Source: Dehalococcoidia bacterium | GTDB taxonomy: Bacteria > Chloroflexota > Dehalococcoidia > Lucifugimonadales > Australimonadaceae | NCBI GenBank assembly: GCA_965116015.1 | Contig: OZ220477.1 | Coordinates: forward strand, 1,165,704-1,229,703 | Length of the DNA: 64,000 nucleotides | Direction: 5' to 3' | Shown: positions 36,032 through 44,087 of the stretch, in pieces | Layout of the letters: every line of letters begins with the position of its first letter | Numbering within the stretch: the first letter of the stretch is position 1 | Made by a program: the position numbers and the translations under genes | Notes under the pieces: generated by a model | What the model was told of the DNA's origin: nothing | Seen by the model: the letters and a program-made list of their open reading frames with translations, nothing else | Database searches by the model: none

Positions 36032-38018
36032 CCTCGGCTCCTCAACCATCCTCATCGCCTTGCTGCTTGCGTCCTACAGCGCAATCGTCTCGTTCGTGGG
36101 CGCGAAGCGGCGACACAGCCCATCCGTGGCCAGCGCCCAGCGCGCGAACTATCTCGCCGCCTTCACTCTATTCGTCGCGGTCGCCGCGCTCATCACGGCG
36201 TTCCTCCAGAACGACTTCAGCATCCGTTACGTCGCCGAGCACAGCAACCTGGCGATGCCGCGCGCCTACACCTGGGTGGCCTTCTACGCCGGCAACGCGG
36301 GCTCGCTGCTGTTCGTAGCGTTCGCCCTTGCCGGAATGGCGTCAATCTCCATGGCGATGACGCCCCGGCGGCTCGGCGCGCTCCGCCCATACGCCAACGG
36401 CGTACTGATGCTCATCCTCATCTTCTTCCTCGCAGTTATGCTCTTCCTCGCCAACCCGTTCGAAGTCCTGCCTTCCCCGCCCGTCGATGGGCGGGGCATC
36501 AACCCTCTGCTTACGCACCCCGGGATGTTCATCCACCCGCCGCTCATCATGACGGGGCTTATCGCTATCGCCGTTCCGTTCTCGTTCGCCATCGCCGGGC
36601 TGCTCTCCGGACGCATCGACGACGACTGGGTGGACGCGGGACGCACGTGGGGCCTCGTTGCGTGGGCGCTGCTGGCCATCGGCCTCCTGCTCGGCGCATG
36701 GTGGGCGTACACCATCCTCGGCTGGGGCGGCTACTGGGCGTGGGACCCCGTGGAGAACGCGGCGTTCATGCCCTGGCTCGCGCTCACAGCGTTCATCCAT
36801 TCGATTATGGTGCAGAAGCGCCGGGGAATGTTCCGTATGTGGAACATCGCCCTGGTGAACATCAGCTTCACGCTCGGCGCATTCGGCATCTTCATCAACC
36901 GCGGCGGCCCCGTTCCCTCAGTGCATTCATTCGGAGCCTCCACCCTCGGATGGGTGTTCCTCCTCTTCCTCGGCATCGTCGCCGTTGCATCGTTCGGGCT
37001 CTTCTTCTACCGCATGGCGGCGCTGCGCGGAGCGTCGTCCCTCGAGTCCGCCCTTTCCCGCGAGACTGCGTTCCTCGTCAACAATCTGCTCCTGTTAGGC
37101 GTGGCCTTTGTCACGCTCTGGGGCGTCGTCTTCCCGCTCATCTCCGAGCTTGCCATCGGGCGCACCATCACCGTGGGCGAACCCTACTTCAATCAAGTGA
37201 ACGGCCCGCTGCTGCTTGCGCTCATTTTCCTTATGGGCGTCGGACCCCTCCTGCCCTGGCGCTCCGCAACGTGGGCGACCGTGCGCCGCTCCCTCGCCGT
37301 TCCGCTGGCTCTCGCGCTCGCAATCACAGCCGCGGCGGCCCTCATCTTCCGCATCGCCCACCCAGTCGTTCTCATCGGAGTCGGAGTCAGTTCTCTCGTC
37401 GGCGTGTCGACGCTGCAAGAGTGGGTGCGAGGCTCCATCGCGCGGCGACGTTCGACAGGCGCGTCCTACCCCGTCGCGTTCCTGCAGCTGATGGCGTCGA
37501 ACCGCCCCCGCTATGGCGGCTACATTGTGCACCTCGCCATCGTTATGCTCGCTTTCGGCATCATCGGCTCGTCGTTCTACAACCTCGAGCGCGACGTGTT
37601 CCTCTCCGTTGGCGAGCGCGCCAGCATCGGCTCCTACGAGGTGGAGTTCACCGGCGTCCGCTCCCAAACATTCCCCGACCGCACCGAACGCATCGCCGAC
37701 CTGCGCGTCGCCCGCAACGGCAAAGACCTGGGAACGATGGGGGCATGGCAAGGCGTCTACCCCTCGTTCTCTATGCTCTCCACACGCGCCGCTATCCGAT
37801 CCCGACCCGCTGAAGACCTCTACGTGCTCTTCAGCGAAGTGCAGCCCAACGGAACGACCGCCGCCTTCCGGCTGCTCGTCAATCCAATGGTGTGGTGGAT
37901 GTGGCTGGCGGGCCCGTTCGTCGTCCTCGGCACGGTCGTCGCCTTGTGGCCGGCTCGCCGGCGCGCCTTTGCCTACGCCTCCTCCCCGGCGGCGAGCGCA
38001 GCCGCTCCCGCTCCATGA
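36024..38018 (+). CDS. ccmF: cytochrome c heme lyase subunit CcmF
   Basis: Polytopic membrane protein with the WGGYWAWDPVENAAFMPWL tryptophan-rich motif. GTG start overlapping the ccmH stop. Confidence 0.92.
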   Translation: MANLGSSTILIALLLASYSAIVSFVGAKRRHSPSVASAQRANYLAAFTLFVAVAALITAFLQNDFSIRYVAEHSNLAMPRAYTWVAFYAGNAGSLLFVAFALAGMASISMAMTPRRLGALRPYANGVLMLILIFFLAVMLFLANPFEVLPSPPVDGRGINPLLTHPGMFIHPPLIMTGLIAIAVPFSFAIAGLLSGRIDDDWVDAGRTWGLVAWALLAIGLLLGAWWAYTILGWGGYWAWDPVENAAFMPWLALTAFIHSIMVQKRRGMFRMWNIALVNISFTLGAFGIFINRGGPVPSVHSFGASTLGWVFLLFLGIVAVASFGLFFYRMAALRGASSLESALSRETAFLVNNLLLLGVAFVTLWGVVFPLISELAIGRTITVGEPYFNQVNGPLLLALIFLMGVGPLLPWRSATWATVRRSLAVPLALALAITAAAALIFRIAHPVVLIGVGVSSLVGVSTLQEWVRGSIARRRSTGASYPVAFLQLMASNRPRYGGYIVHLAIVMLAFGIIGSSFYNLERDVFLSVGERASIGSYEVEFTGVRSQTFPDRTERIADLRVARNGKDLGTMGAWQGVYPSFSMLSTRAAIRSRPAEDLYVLFSEVQPNGTTAAFRLLVNPMVWWMWLAGPFVVLGTVVALWPARRRAFAYASSPAASAAAPAP

Positions 38019-38389
38019 CCATCCTCGCCATAACGCTTCTCGCCGTTGCCGCGACTGCCGTGCTCGCGCATCCTTTCTGGGCTGCGCGGCACGGCGCGGG
38101 AACGCGGCGCGACCCCGCCGAAGAGCTCGCAGAAGGCATCCGACGCGCTCGCGAGCGCGTCTACGAGGAGATCCGCGCCCTTCAGCAAGAGCGCTTCCTC
38201 AACATCCTCTCCGCCGGTGAGCATGAGAAGCAGCTGCGCGCGGCGCGGCTCCGCGCCGCCGAGCTCGTTCGCCAGCAACAGCATATCGAGGACGCTGTCC
38301 GCGACATCGAGCGCAACGTCGACGAAGACCTCCAGGCGCTCCTGACGTCCGACCGCGAACAGTCCTCTTCCGCGGAGAGCGAGCCGTGA
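38015..38389 (+). CDS. membrane-anchored coiled-coil protein in the ccm operon (hypothetical)
   Basis: ATGA overlap with the ccmF stop. N-terminal TM segment ILAITLLAVAATAVLA, then a charged helical region. Confidence 0.5.
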   Translation: MTILAITLLAVAATAVLAHPFWAARHGAGTRRDPAEELAEGIRRARERVYEEIRALQQERFLNILSAGEHEKQLRAARLRAAELVRQQQHIEDAVRDIERNVDEDLQALLTSDREQSSSAESEP

Positions 38390-39597
38390 GGCGCCTCCTC
38401 CCGCTTGCAGTCATCGCGGCTGCGCTGCTGCTGCTGGCCTCCGCCGCCCACGCCCAGAGCGCCGAGGAGATCCGCATAGCCGGACGCGTCGTCCACGGCG
38501 TCGAGGGCGCGGACTTCGACCCCGCGCAGGCGCGCGTTACGCTCAACGTGCTCGAGGGAGTCGCCTCCTTCGCGCAGCGCAGCGCGACGCCCGGGCCGAA
38601 CGGCGCGTTCGAGCTCGAGGCTCCATTCTCCCCCGCCCACACCTACTTCTTCACTGTCGAATACCAGGGCGCCGCCTACTCCGTAACCCGCGGAGCCGCC
38701 TCCCTTAGCGACCCGCTCGTGATCACCGTGTACGACTCCACGCACGACGCTTCGGCGATCGGCATCGACAGCTACACCGTTATCGTAGCCGGAGCCGACC
38801 CCGAGGAAGGGTTCGTCGAGATCCTCGAACGCGCCATCGTGCGCAACAACAGCAACCGAACGCTCATACCCGACTCGAACGCCGAGGGCCCGGCGATGAT
38901 GAGCTTCCTGCGGTTCGCCCTCCCCCCGAACGCCTACAACCTCGATGTGCGCTCGAACCTTGTCGGCGGGCAAGTGCTCGAGGTCGACCGCGGCTTCGCC
39001 CTCACAACCCCCATCCTCCCCACAATCGGCGAGCCGCACCAGTTCGAGTTCGTCTACCGCCTCGACTACGGCGCTCCCAACATCGATGTCTCGCGCACGA
39101 TGCGCTTCGGCGCCGATTCGTTCCGGTTCGTCGCCCCCGCCAACGTGGCGTCCCTCGCCTCTCCGCGCCTGGACGACCTCGGAGCCGCCAACCTCGACGG
39201 AAGGCTGCTCCGCCTCCTCGAAGGCCAGAACATCGAGCCCGCCGAGTTCATCGAGCTCGCCGTATCCGGCCTGCCGACGCAGTCCGGACTCGACCGCGCC
39301 CTCGCAGACGCGGGCGTGTGGTACGTCCGCTACGCCGTCCCTGGCGCAGTAGCCCTTGCAGCCAGCGCACTGCTGCTCATCGCAGCAACACGCCGGCGCC
39401 CGGTCTCCTCCAGCGTCGCCGCCGCGCGCGAGGAGCAGCTCCGACAAGCGCGACTGCTCGCCGATGCGTACGACAGCCGCGCGATCAACCACGAAACGCG
39501 CCAGCGCAGGGGTCGGGCGATCCGCGACGCCCTGATCAGCTTGGAGGTCGAGCGACGTCTGAGCGACGCCAGCGACACAGGACGCCAAGACTCCTGA
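38386..39597 (+). CDS. exported protein with a C-terminal membrane anchor (hypothetical)
   Basis: GTGA overlap with the upstream gene. Signal peptide MRRLLPLAVIAAALLLLASAAHA and a late TM segment AVPGAVALAASALLLIAA. Confidence 0.55.
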   Translation: MRRLLPLAVIAAALLLLASAAHAQSAEEIRIAGRVVHGVEGADFDPAQARVTLNVLEGVASFAQRSATPGPNGAFELEAPFSPAHTYFFTVEYQGAAYSVTRGAASLSDPLVITVYDSTHDASAIGIDSYTVIVAGADPEEGFVEILERAIVRNNSNRTLIPDSNAEGPAMMSFLRFALPPNAYNLDVRSNLVGGQVLEVDRGFALTTPILPTIGEPHQFEFVYRLDYGAPNIDVSRTMRFGADSFRFVAPANVASLASPRLDDLGAANLDGRLLRLLEGQNIEPAEFIELAVSGLPTQSGLDRALADAGVWYVRYAVPGAVALAASALLLIAATRRRPVSSSVAAAREEQLRQARLLADAYDSRAINHETRQRRGRAIRDALISLEVERRLSDASDTGRQDS

Positions 39598-39624
39598 TTT
39601 CGCATCTCCTTTGCAAGCCTGTTC

Positions 39625-40725
39625 GTGCCCGCGTATCGTGTGGGGGTGGCAACAGCGCGCGCACAACGGGAGACAGCCTCGGAAAACGACGCGCTAGCTC
39701 CTGCTGTCCGCATCGAAGGCCTGTCGAAGCGCTTCGGCAAAACTCAGGCCGTATGCAATGTGAGCTTCGAAGTCCCTCGCGGTCAAATCTTCGCGCTTCT
39801 CGGTCCCAGCGGCGGCGGCAAGACCACGACGCTCCGGCTCATCGCCGGCTTCGAGACGCCCGACTCCGGCTCCATCGCAATCAACGGCCAGCCCGTCGCT
39901 GCTCCCGGCAAACACACGCCCCCCGAACGCCGACGTGTCGGCATGGTCTTCCAGGATTACGCCCTCTTCCCTCACCTCAATGTCCGCCAGAACGTCGCCT
40001 TCGGCGTGCTGAACGGCCCCCAACGCGGCCAGGCCGTCGACGACGTGCTCGACTGGGTGGGGCTGTCGAGCGTCGCCGATCGAATGCCCCACCAGCTCTC
40101 CGGCGGTCAGCAGCAGCGCGTCGCTCTCGCACGAGCGCTTGCGCCTAATCCGAGCGTCGTCCTCCTTGACGAGCCCTTCTCCAATCTGGACGCCGAACTG
40201 CGGCGCCGCGTTCGCAGCGAGGCGCACGATATCCTCCGCGAGGCGCACACCACCGTCATCTTTGTAACGCACGACCAGGGCGAGGCGATGACCCTCGCCG
40301 ACACTATCGGCGTGATGCTCGACCATGCCCTTATTCAGTCCGCCGCTCCGCAAGATCTCTACTACTGCCCTGCTTCCCTCGCCGTTGCAAGGTTCCTCGG
40401 CGAGACTAACGCGCTCGACGGCCATTTCGCCAACGGCCGCGTCGAGTGCCCTCTCGGCGCTCTGCCGGTCGGCGGGAAGCTCCCGCCCAACGGACCCGTG
40501 AAAGTCTCGATCCGCCCCGAGAGCATCCGGCTCCGGCCTGAGTCTGGCCAATCGGTCGAAGCGACTATAACGGACATCGAATTCCGGGGCGTCTACCGGG
40601 TTATGACAGCCCGCTTGGATTCGGGCGAGACGGTCGAGATGGTTATGGGCCTGCACATCGACGCCGCAGTCGGCGAGCGCGTCCCTATCGGCGTTAACAG
40701 TTTCGTAGCCGCCTTTCCCGCCTAG
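39625..40725 (+). CDS. ABC transporter ATP-binding protein (PotA/FbpC-like, with a C-terminal TOBE-like region)
   Basis: Walker A GPSGGGKTT, Q-loop, LSGGQQQRVALARAL, Walker B VLLDEPFSNLD. The start is uncertain (GTG). No permease or SBP gene is adjacent. Confidence 0.85.
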   Translation: MPAYRVGVATARAQRETASENDALAPAVRIEGLSKRFGKTQAVCNVSFEVPRGQIFALLGPSGGGKTTTLRLIAGFETPDSGSIAINGQPVAAPGKHTPPERRRVGMVFQDYALFPHLNVRQNVAFGVLNGPQRGQAVDDVLDWVGLSSVADRMPHQLSGGQQQRVALARALAPNPSVVLLDEPFSNLDAELRRRVRSEAHDILREAHTTVIFVTHDQGEAMTLADTIGVMLDHALIQSAAPQDLYYCPASLAVARFLGETNALDGHFANGRVECPLGALPVGGKLPPNGPVKVSIRPESIRLRPESGQSVEATITDIEFRGVYRVMTARLDSGETVEMVMGLHIDAAVGERVPIGVNSFVAAFPA

Positions 40726-41348
40726 CGCGACGGCTCAGCGCCGTCGATGATCGCGATCACCTCCGACAGGTGAGAGATCGTGAAGTTGCCGCTTATGCCC
40801 AAGCCGACGAACAAGCTCCCCGCCGCAGCCGCCGCTTGCCGATCGTACGTTGAATCCCCCACGACCAGGACTTCCCACGGAGACACGCCAAGCGCCTCGC
40901 ACGCGCGGAACACCATATCCGGCGCCGGCTTCGGCCGCGCGACGTCGTCCTCGCCGACGAGCGCATGCGGAATCAGACCTTTCGCCTCCAGCGTCGCCCG
41001 CGATGTCGACGACTGGCTGTTCGTGATGACCGCTGAGAGCAGGCCGCGCTCGTCCAGCGCGTCGAGTGCCTCATGCGCCCCGGGACGCGTCTCCACCAAA
41101 CTGGTGTAGTTCGCGTACCGCTCCGTGAAGTAGGTGCGCACCGCTTCGACGCTGGCGCCTGGATAGAACTGCTCAACGTCCTCCCGCACCGACTGCCCGA
41201 AGCAGGCCCGAACAGTCTCGCGGTCGAGAGGCGGGTAGCCGAACGCCTCCGCCGCGTCGTTCATCAACGCGAGGTTCGCCTCGAAGCTGTCGATGAGCAC
41301 GCCGTCGAGATCGAAGAGCGCCGCCCGCAGTTCCATAGGGCGCAGCAT
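40722..41348 (-). CDS. HAD-superfamily hydrolase (phosphoglycolate phosphatase-like)
   Basis: ALFDLDGVLIDS motif I, VITNS motif II, KPAPD and VVGDSTYD motifs. Only the last ~208 codons of the tracked 646-aa ORF look real. Confidence 0.8.
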   Translation of the reverse strand: MLRPMELRAALFDLDGVLIDSFEANLALMNDAAEAFGYPPLDRETVRACFGQSVREDVEQFYPGASVEAVRTYFTERYANYTSLVETRPGAHEALDALDERGLLSAVITNSQSSTSRATLEAKGLIPHALVGEDDVARPKPAPDMVFRACEALGVSPWEVLVVGDSTYDRQAAAAAGSLFVGLGISGNFTISHLSEVIAIIDGAEPSR

Positions 41349-41420
41349 ACCAAGTTCGATGATGCAAACCTCTCCGCGGCGCGGTAGGCTATGGAGCGTC
41401 GCACAGAGGAGGTGACGCGA

Positions 41421-41636
41421 ATGGCGTTGTACGAGTACCGTTGTTCCGAGTGCGTGAACGAGTTCGAAGAGCGTCGGCCTATGAGCGAGGCCGGGGCGCC
41501 CGCCAAGTGCCCGCAGTGCAACGCGGACGCGCTGCGATTGCCGTCGGTGTTCGCATCGAAAGACGGCTACAACTTGCGCCTTCCCAAGGGCGAAGCGTTC
41601 CGCGGCGGCGCCCCGCGGTCGGGCGCGAGCAACTAG
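41421..41636 (+). CDS. FmdB-family zinc-ribbon protein
   Basis: MALYEYRCSECVNEFE...CPQC pattern. AGGAGG RBS. Confidence 0.75.
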   Translation: MALYEYRCSECVNEFEERRPMSEAGAPAKCPQCNADALRLPSVFASKDGYNLRLPKGEAFRGGAPRSGASN

Positions 41637-41657
41637 AGCGCTCAGGAGGATCGGAGC

Positions 41658-41789
41658 ATGGTGAGCAAGGCGGAAATCACCGTTGTCGAGGTCGAAATCA
41701 AGCAGTTGCGGCGGGAGCTTGAGGGGCTCCGCCGCGAGGTGAAGGCGCTTCGCGAGGAGATTGACGAGATGAAGGGACAGCAAGGCTAG
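41658..41789 (+). CDS. 43-aa coiled-coil small protein (below the ORF-track cutoff)
   Basis: AGGAGGA lies 7 nt before the ATG at 41658. Translation: MVSKAEITVVEVEIKQLRRELEGLRREVKALREEIDEMKGQQG. Confidence 0.45.
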   Translation: MVSKAEITVVEVEIKQLRRELEGLRREVKALREEIDEMKGQQG

Positions 41790-41816
41790 GAACGCGCCGG
41801 CGGCGCCGCTCCCGCG

Positions 41817-42995
41817 ATGACTCGTCCCCCTCGCGCCCGCGGCGCCGAAGCCGCGCTTTACGCGCAGACGACTGCCTACAGCCTGTCGCTCGGGGCGATT
41901 ATCGTCCTCGTTCCGCTCTACATCCTCTCTCTCGGCTACAACCCTGGATGGCTTGGGGTAATCATCGCCGGGCAGGGGCTCTTTCAGGTTGGGCTTCGCC
42001 TGTTCGGCGGGGTCTTCTCCGACAGGCTGGGCGAGAGCTGGGTTATCCAGGCGAGCTTCGCTATGCTCGTCGCCGGTTCGGTCGCGCTGGCGCTCTCGCC
42101 GTCGATTGTGTGGCTTGTCCTCACGCAGGCGCTGTTCGGAGGCTCGCGCGCCATCTACTGGACATCCGCGCAGTCGTACGGCAGCCGGATCGACGAAACG
42201 CGCCCCGCGCAGCTCATGGGGCGGTTCTTCGGGTTCGGGGCCGCAGGAGGGCTTCTCGGCAACGCCGGCGGCGGCATCGTCGCGGTGGCGTGGGGCTACC
42301 AACCCGGATTCCTGCTCATCGCCGGCGTCTCCGTTGCGGCGATGGTCGTCGTCGCTCTCATGCCGCAGCTTCCCCGGCGCGAGGCGCGGAGCGTTCGGGA
42401 GATTCTTGCGCCCGTGCCTGGGGTCTTCCGCAAGCGCGTCACCGTCCTGCCGGCCATCATGGGATTCGCCACGTCGTTGCAGGTTTCCGTTCTCGCCTCG
42501 GTGGGGGCGGCGCTCTACCAGGGATTCGGGTTCAGCGACGACGAGTTCGGGTTGCTGATGGCGGTTCACGGCGTCGGGGCTGTCCCTGCGGGGTTCGCCT
42601 TCGCCGGCATCCTGCGCATCGTCGGCGAACGCCCGGCCTACGCGCTCACGCTGGGCGTTCACGGCTTCCTGCTCGTTGGCGTCGTTGCGTGGGGAGATGT
42701 CTACTGGGCGGCGGCGGCGCTGATGTTCGTTCTTGGGTTCTCCTTCAACGCAGGGCGGGCGTTCAACACGAGCCTGACAGCGATGGCGAGCGCGCCGGAG
42801 CAGCGGGGCGTTTTCATGGCGGTAGTCGGCGTTTACTGGGCGTCGGGCCAGATGCTTGGGCCGCTTGTGTTCGGTCCGCTTGCCGCGGCGACCTCAGTTC
42901 CGGCGTCGATTGCCGTCGCCGGCGCGGCGATGCTGATTACCGCGGCGCTCACTCCGCTGCTCTACGCCCTGTTCGGCGCCCACCGCGACGGCTAA
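41817..42995 (+). CDS. MFS transporter
   Basis: About 12 hydrophobic segments, with a GGVFSDRLGE loop motif. Codons are G/T-ending, opposite to the left part of the window. Confidence 0.78.
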   Translation: MTRPPRARGAEAALYAQTTAYSLSLGAIIVLVPLYILSLGYNPGWLGVIIAGQGLFQVGLRLFGGVFSDRLGESWVIQASFAMLVAGSVALALSPSIVWLVLTQALFGGSRAIYWTSAQSYGSRIDETRPAQLMGRFFGFGAAGGLLGNAGGGIVAVAWGYQPGFLLIAGVSVAAMVVVALMPQLPRREARSVREILAPVPGVFRKRVTVLPAIMGFATSLQVSVLASVGAALYQGFGFSDDEFGLLMAVHGVGAVPAGFAFAGILRIVGERPAYALTLGVHGFLLVGVVAWGDVYWAAAALMFVLGFSFNAGRAFNTSLTAMASAPEQRGVFMAVVGVYWASGQMLGPLVFGPLAAATSVPASIAVAGAAMLITAALTPLLYALFGAHRDG

Positions 42996-43200
42996 CGCGC
43001 GCTCGCCGGAGCGCGTAATGCGATGCGGAGGGAGCGGGACGCGATGCCGGCTTGCCGCCGCTACGGTGCACGGCGATTCCATAACGGGAGGCGCTGCGAG
43101 CGGAGCCCGACGGCTCATGCCCATTGGCGTACGGCAATTCCTCGGAGAGAAGGGAGAGGGGGAATGGGAATTCTGTTGCAGGCGTAACATTTCGTAACAT
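42949..43200 (-). pseudogene. diverged/truncated homolog of the 14473 HTH gene
   Basis: Starts MLRNVTPA (compare MLQNVTPE at 14473), retains LS..LP....EP..GAR.A.R similarity, and runs into the convergent MFS gene end. Confidence 0.4.
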
Positions 43201-43210
43201 TAAGTAACAT
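43184..43210 (-). promoter_or_regulatory. three 10-bp-phased GTAACAT motifs (inverted copy of 14463-14489)
   Basis: GTAACAT at 43184, 43194 and 43204. Confidence 0.5.
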
Positions 43211-43551
43211 TCCCTTTGGGCCGAGGCGCTTCCCGGGAGAAGTTCGGGGCGGGGGGCTGAGTTGCCGCCAGGGCGATTCCCCGAGCGGACAGCTTAGGGG
43301 CGGGAGCGCATACCACGCAACGGGCGGATGCCAGCTTGCTCTCGCGGGCGCCGCGGACGCGCGGCGAGGAGCGGCTTGCGCATGAGCAGTGTTCTGGAGG
43401 GTTCCGTTTGATTGTAGATGGCTGAGATTCCATCCCCGTCACCTTTGATAGCAATCATCCAATGGATAGACGGCAAGCTCCTACCCCAATCAGGAGCTAA
43501 CAGCTGATAGGTGGTTCCTGATGGAATGATTAGCGAAAGGTATAATCCCTC

Positions 43552-43992
43552 TTAATAGCGGTCTTTGCCACTTGCGCCTGCACTGCGTTTACTGTATCCA
43601 TTATATAGCATGCCGATATCTATCCCACTGATTTGACCCAGCAATATTCCTAACGAGAAGAAAGCAAAATTATCCCAGAAAATTATCGACATCAATACCG
43701 TCATTGGAAGCAATACAAGCAAAGCTAAAACCCCATATCTCCGTTGTTTCTTTTCCCATTGGCTCCTCTGATCTCTCCACAACTGCAATATCCCTAGCAG
43801 CTCTCTTAGATATGTTTTCTCTCTGTATGGATGATACCAATCTATATAGATAGTTCTCCATAGCCTAAAGCATATCTGTATGGCAATCACTGCCACTCCT
43901 GAAATTATCAGTAGGTTAGTGCAAACGAGCATTGCATTGATAGTGCGTTTGATACGTTGCGTAACTGCACACTCCGTGATGTGAGATTTCAC
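43552..43992 (-). CDS. hypothetical 3-TM membrane protein in the low-GC island
   Basis: 146 aa with three hydrophobic segments. AT-rich codon usage is unlike the rest of the window. It lies 95 nt downstream of, and co-directional with, the MTase-HNH gene. Confidence 0.6.
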   Translation of the reverse strand: MKSHITECAVTQRIKRTINAMLVCTNLLIISGVAVIAIQICFRLWRTIYIDWYHPYREKTYLRELLGILQLWRDQRSQWEKKQRRYGVLALLVLLPMTVLMSIIFWDNFAFFSLGILLGQISGIDIGMLYNGYSKRSAGASGKDRY

Positions 43993-44046
43993 GCCATCAA
44001 GCTACCATAAACAGACAGTATTTGTCAATACCTTCCAAGTTTTAGG

Positions 44047-44064
44047 TTCCGTTTGCAAACGGAA
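44047..44064. repeat. perfect 18-bp palindrome TTCCGTTTGCAAACGGAA between the MTase-HNH and membrane-protein genes
   Basis: Read directly from the sequence. The half-site gttccgtttg recurs at 43401-43410. Confidence 0.9.
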
Positions 44065-44087
44065 TCTACTAGAGGGTGCGCTTTGCG

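Noticed and set aside
41349-42662. N-terminal ~440 aa of the 646-aa minus-strand ORF 40722..42662
   Set aside because: Only the last ~208 codons form a HAD hydrolase with a proper DxD start motif. The upstream part is antisense to the zinc-ribbon and MFS genes and is R/P/A-rich.
14200-43445. The inverted duplication as terminal inverted repeats of a ~29-kb transposon or integrative element
   Set aside because: No transposase, integrase or recombinase lies inside. The interval carries housekeeping genes (two tRNAs, ccmHF, arfB). The repeats point promoter-outward/gene-inward rather than forming element termini, and no target-site duplication was seen.
43200-43476. Minus-strand ORFs 43200..43454 (84 aa) and 43294..43476 (60 aa)
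   Set aside because: They lie in the conserved non-coding block upstream of the HTH remnant. They have no RBS or motif and show compositional bias only.
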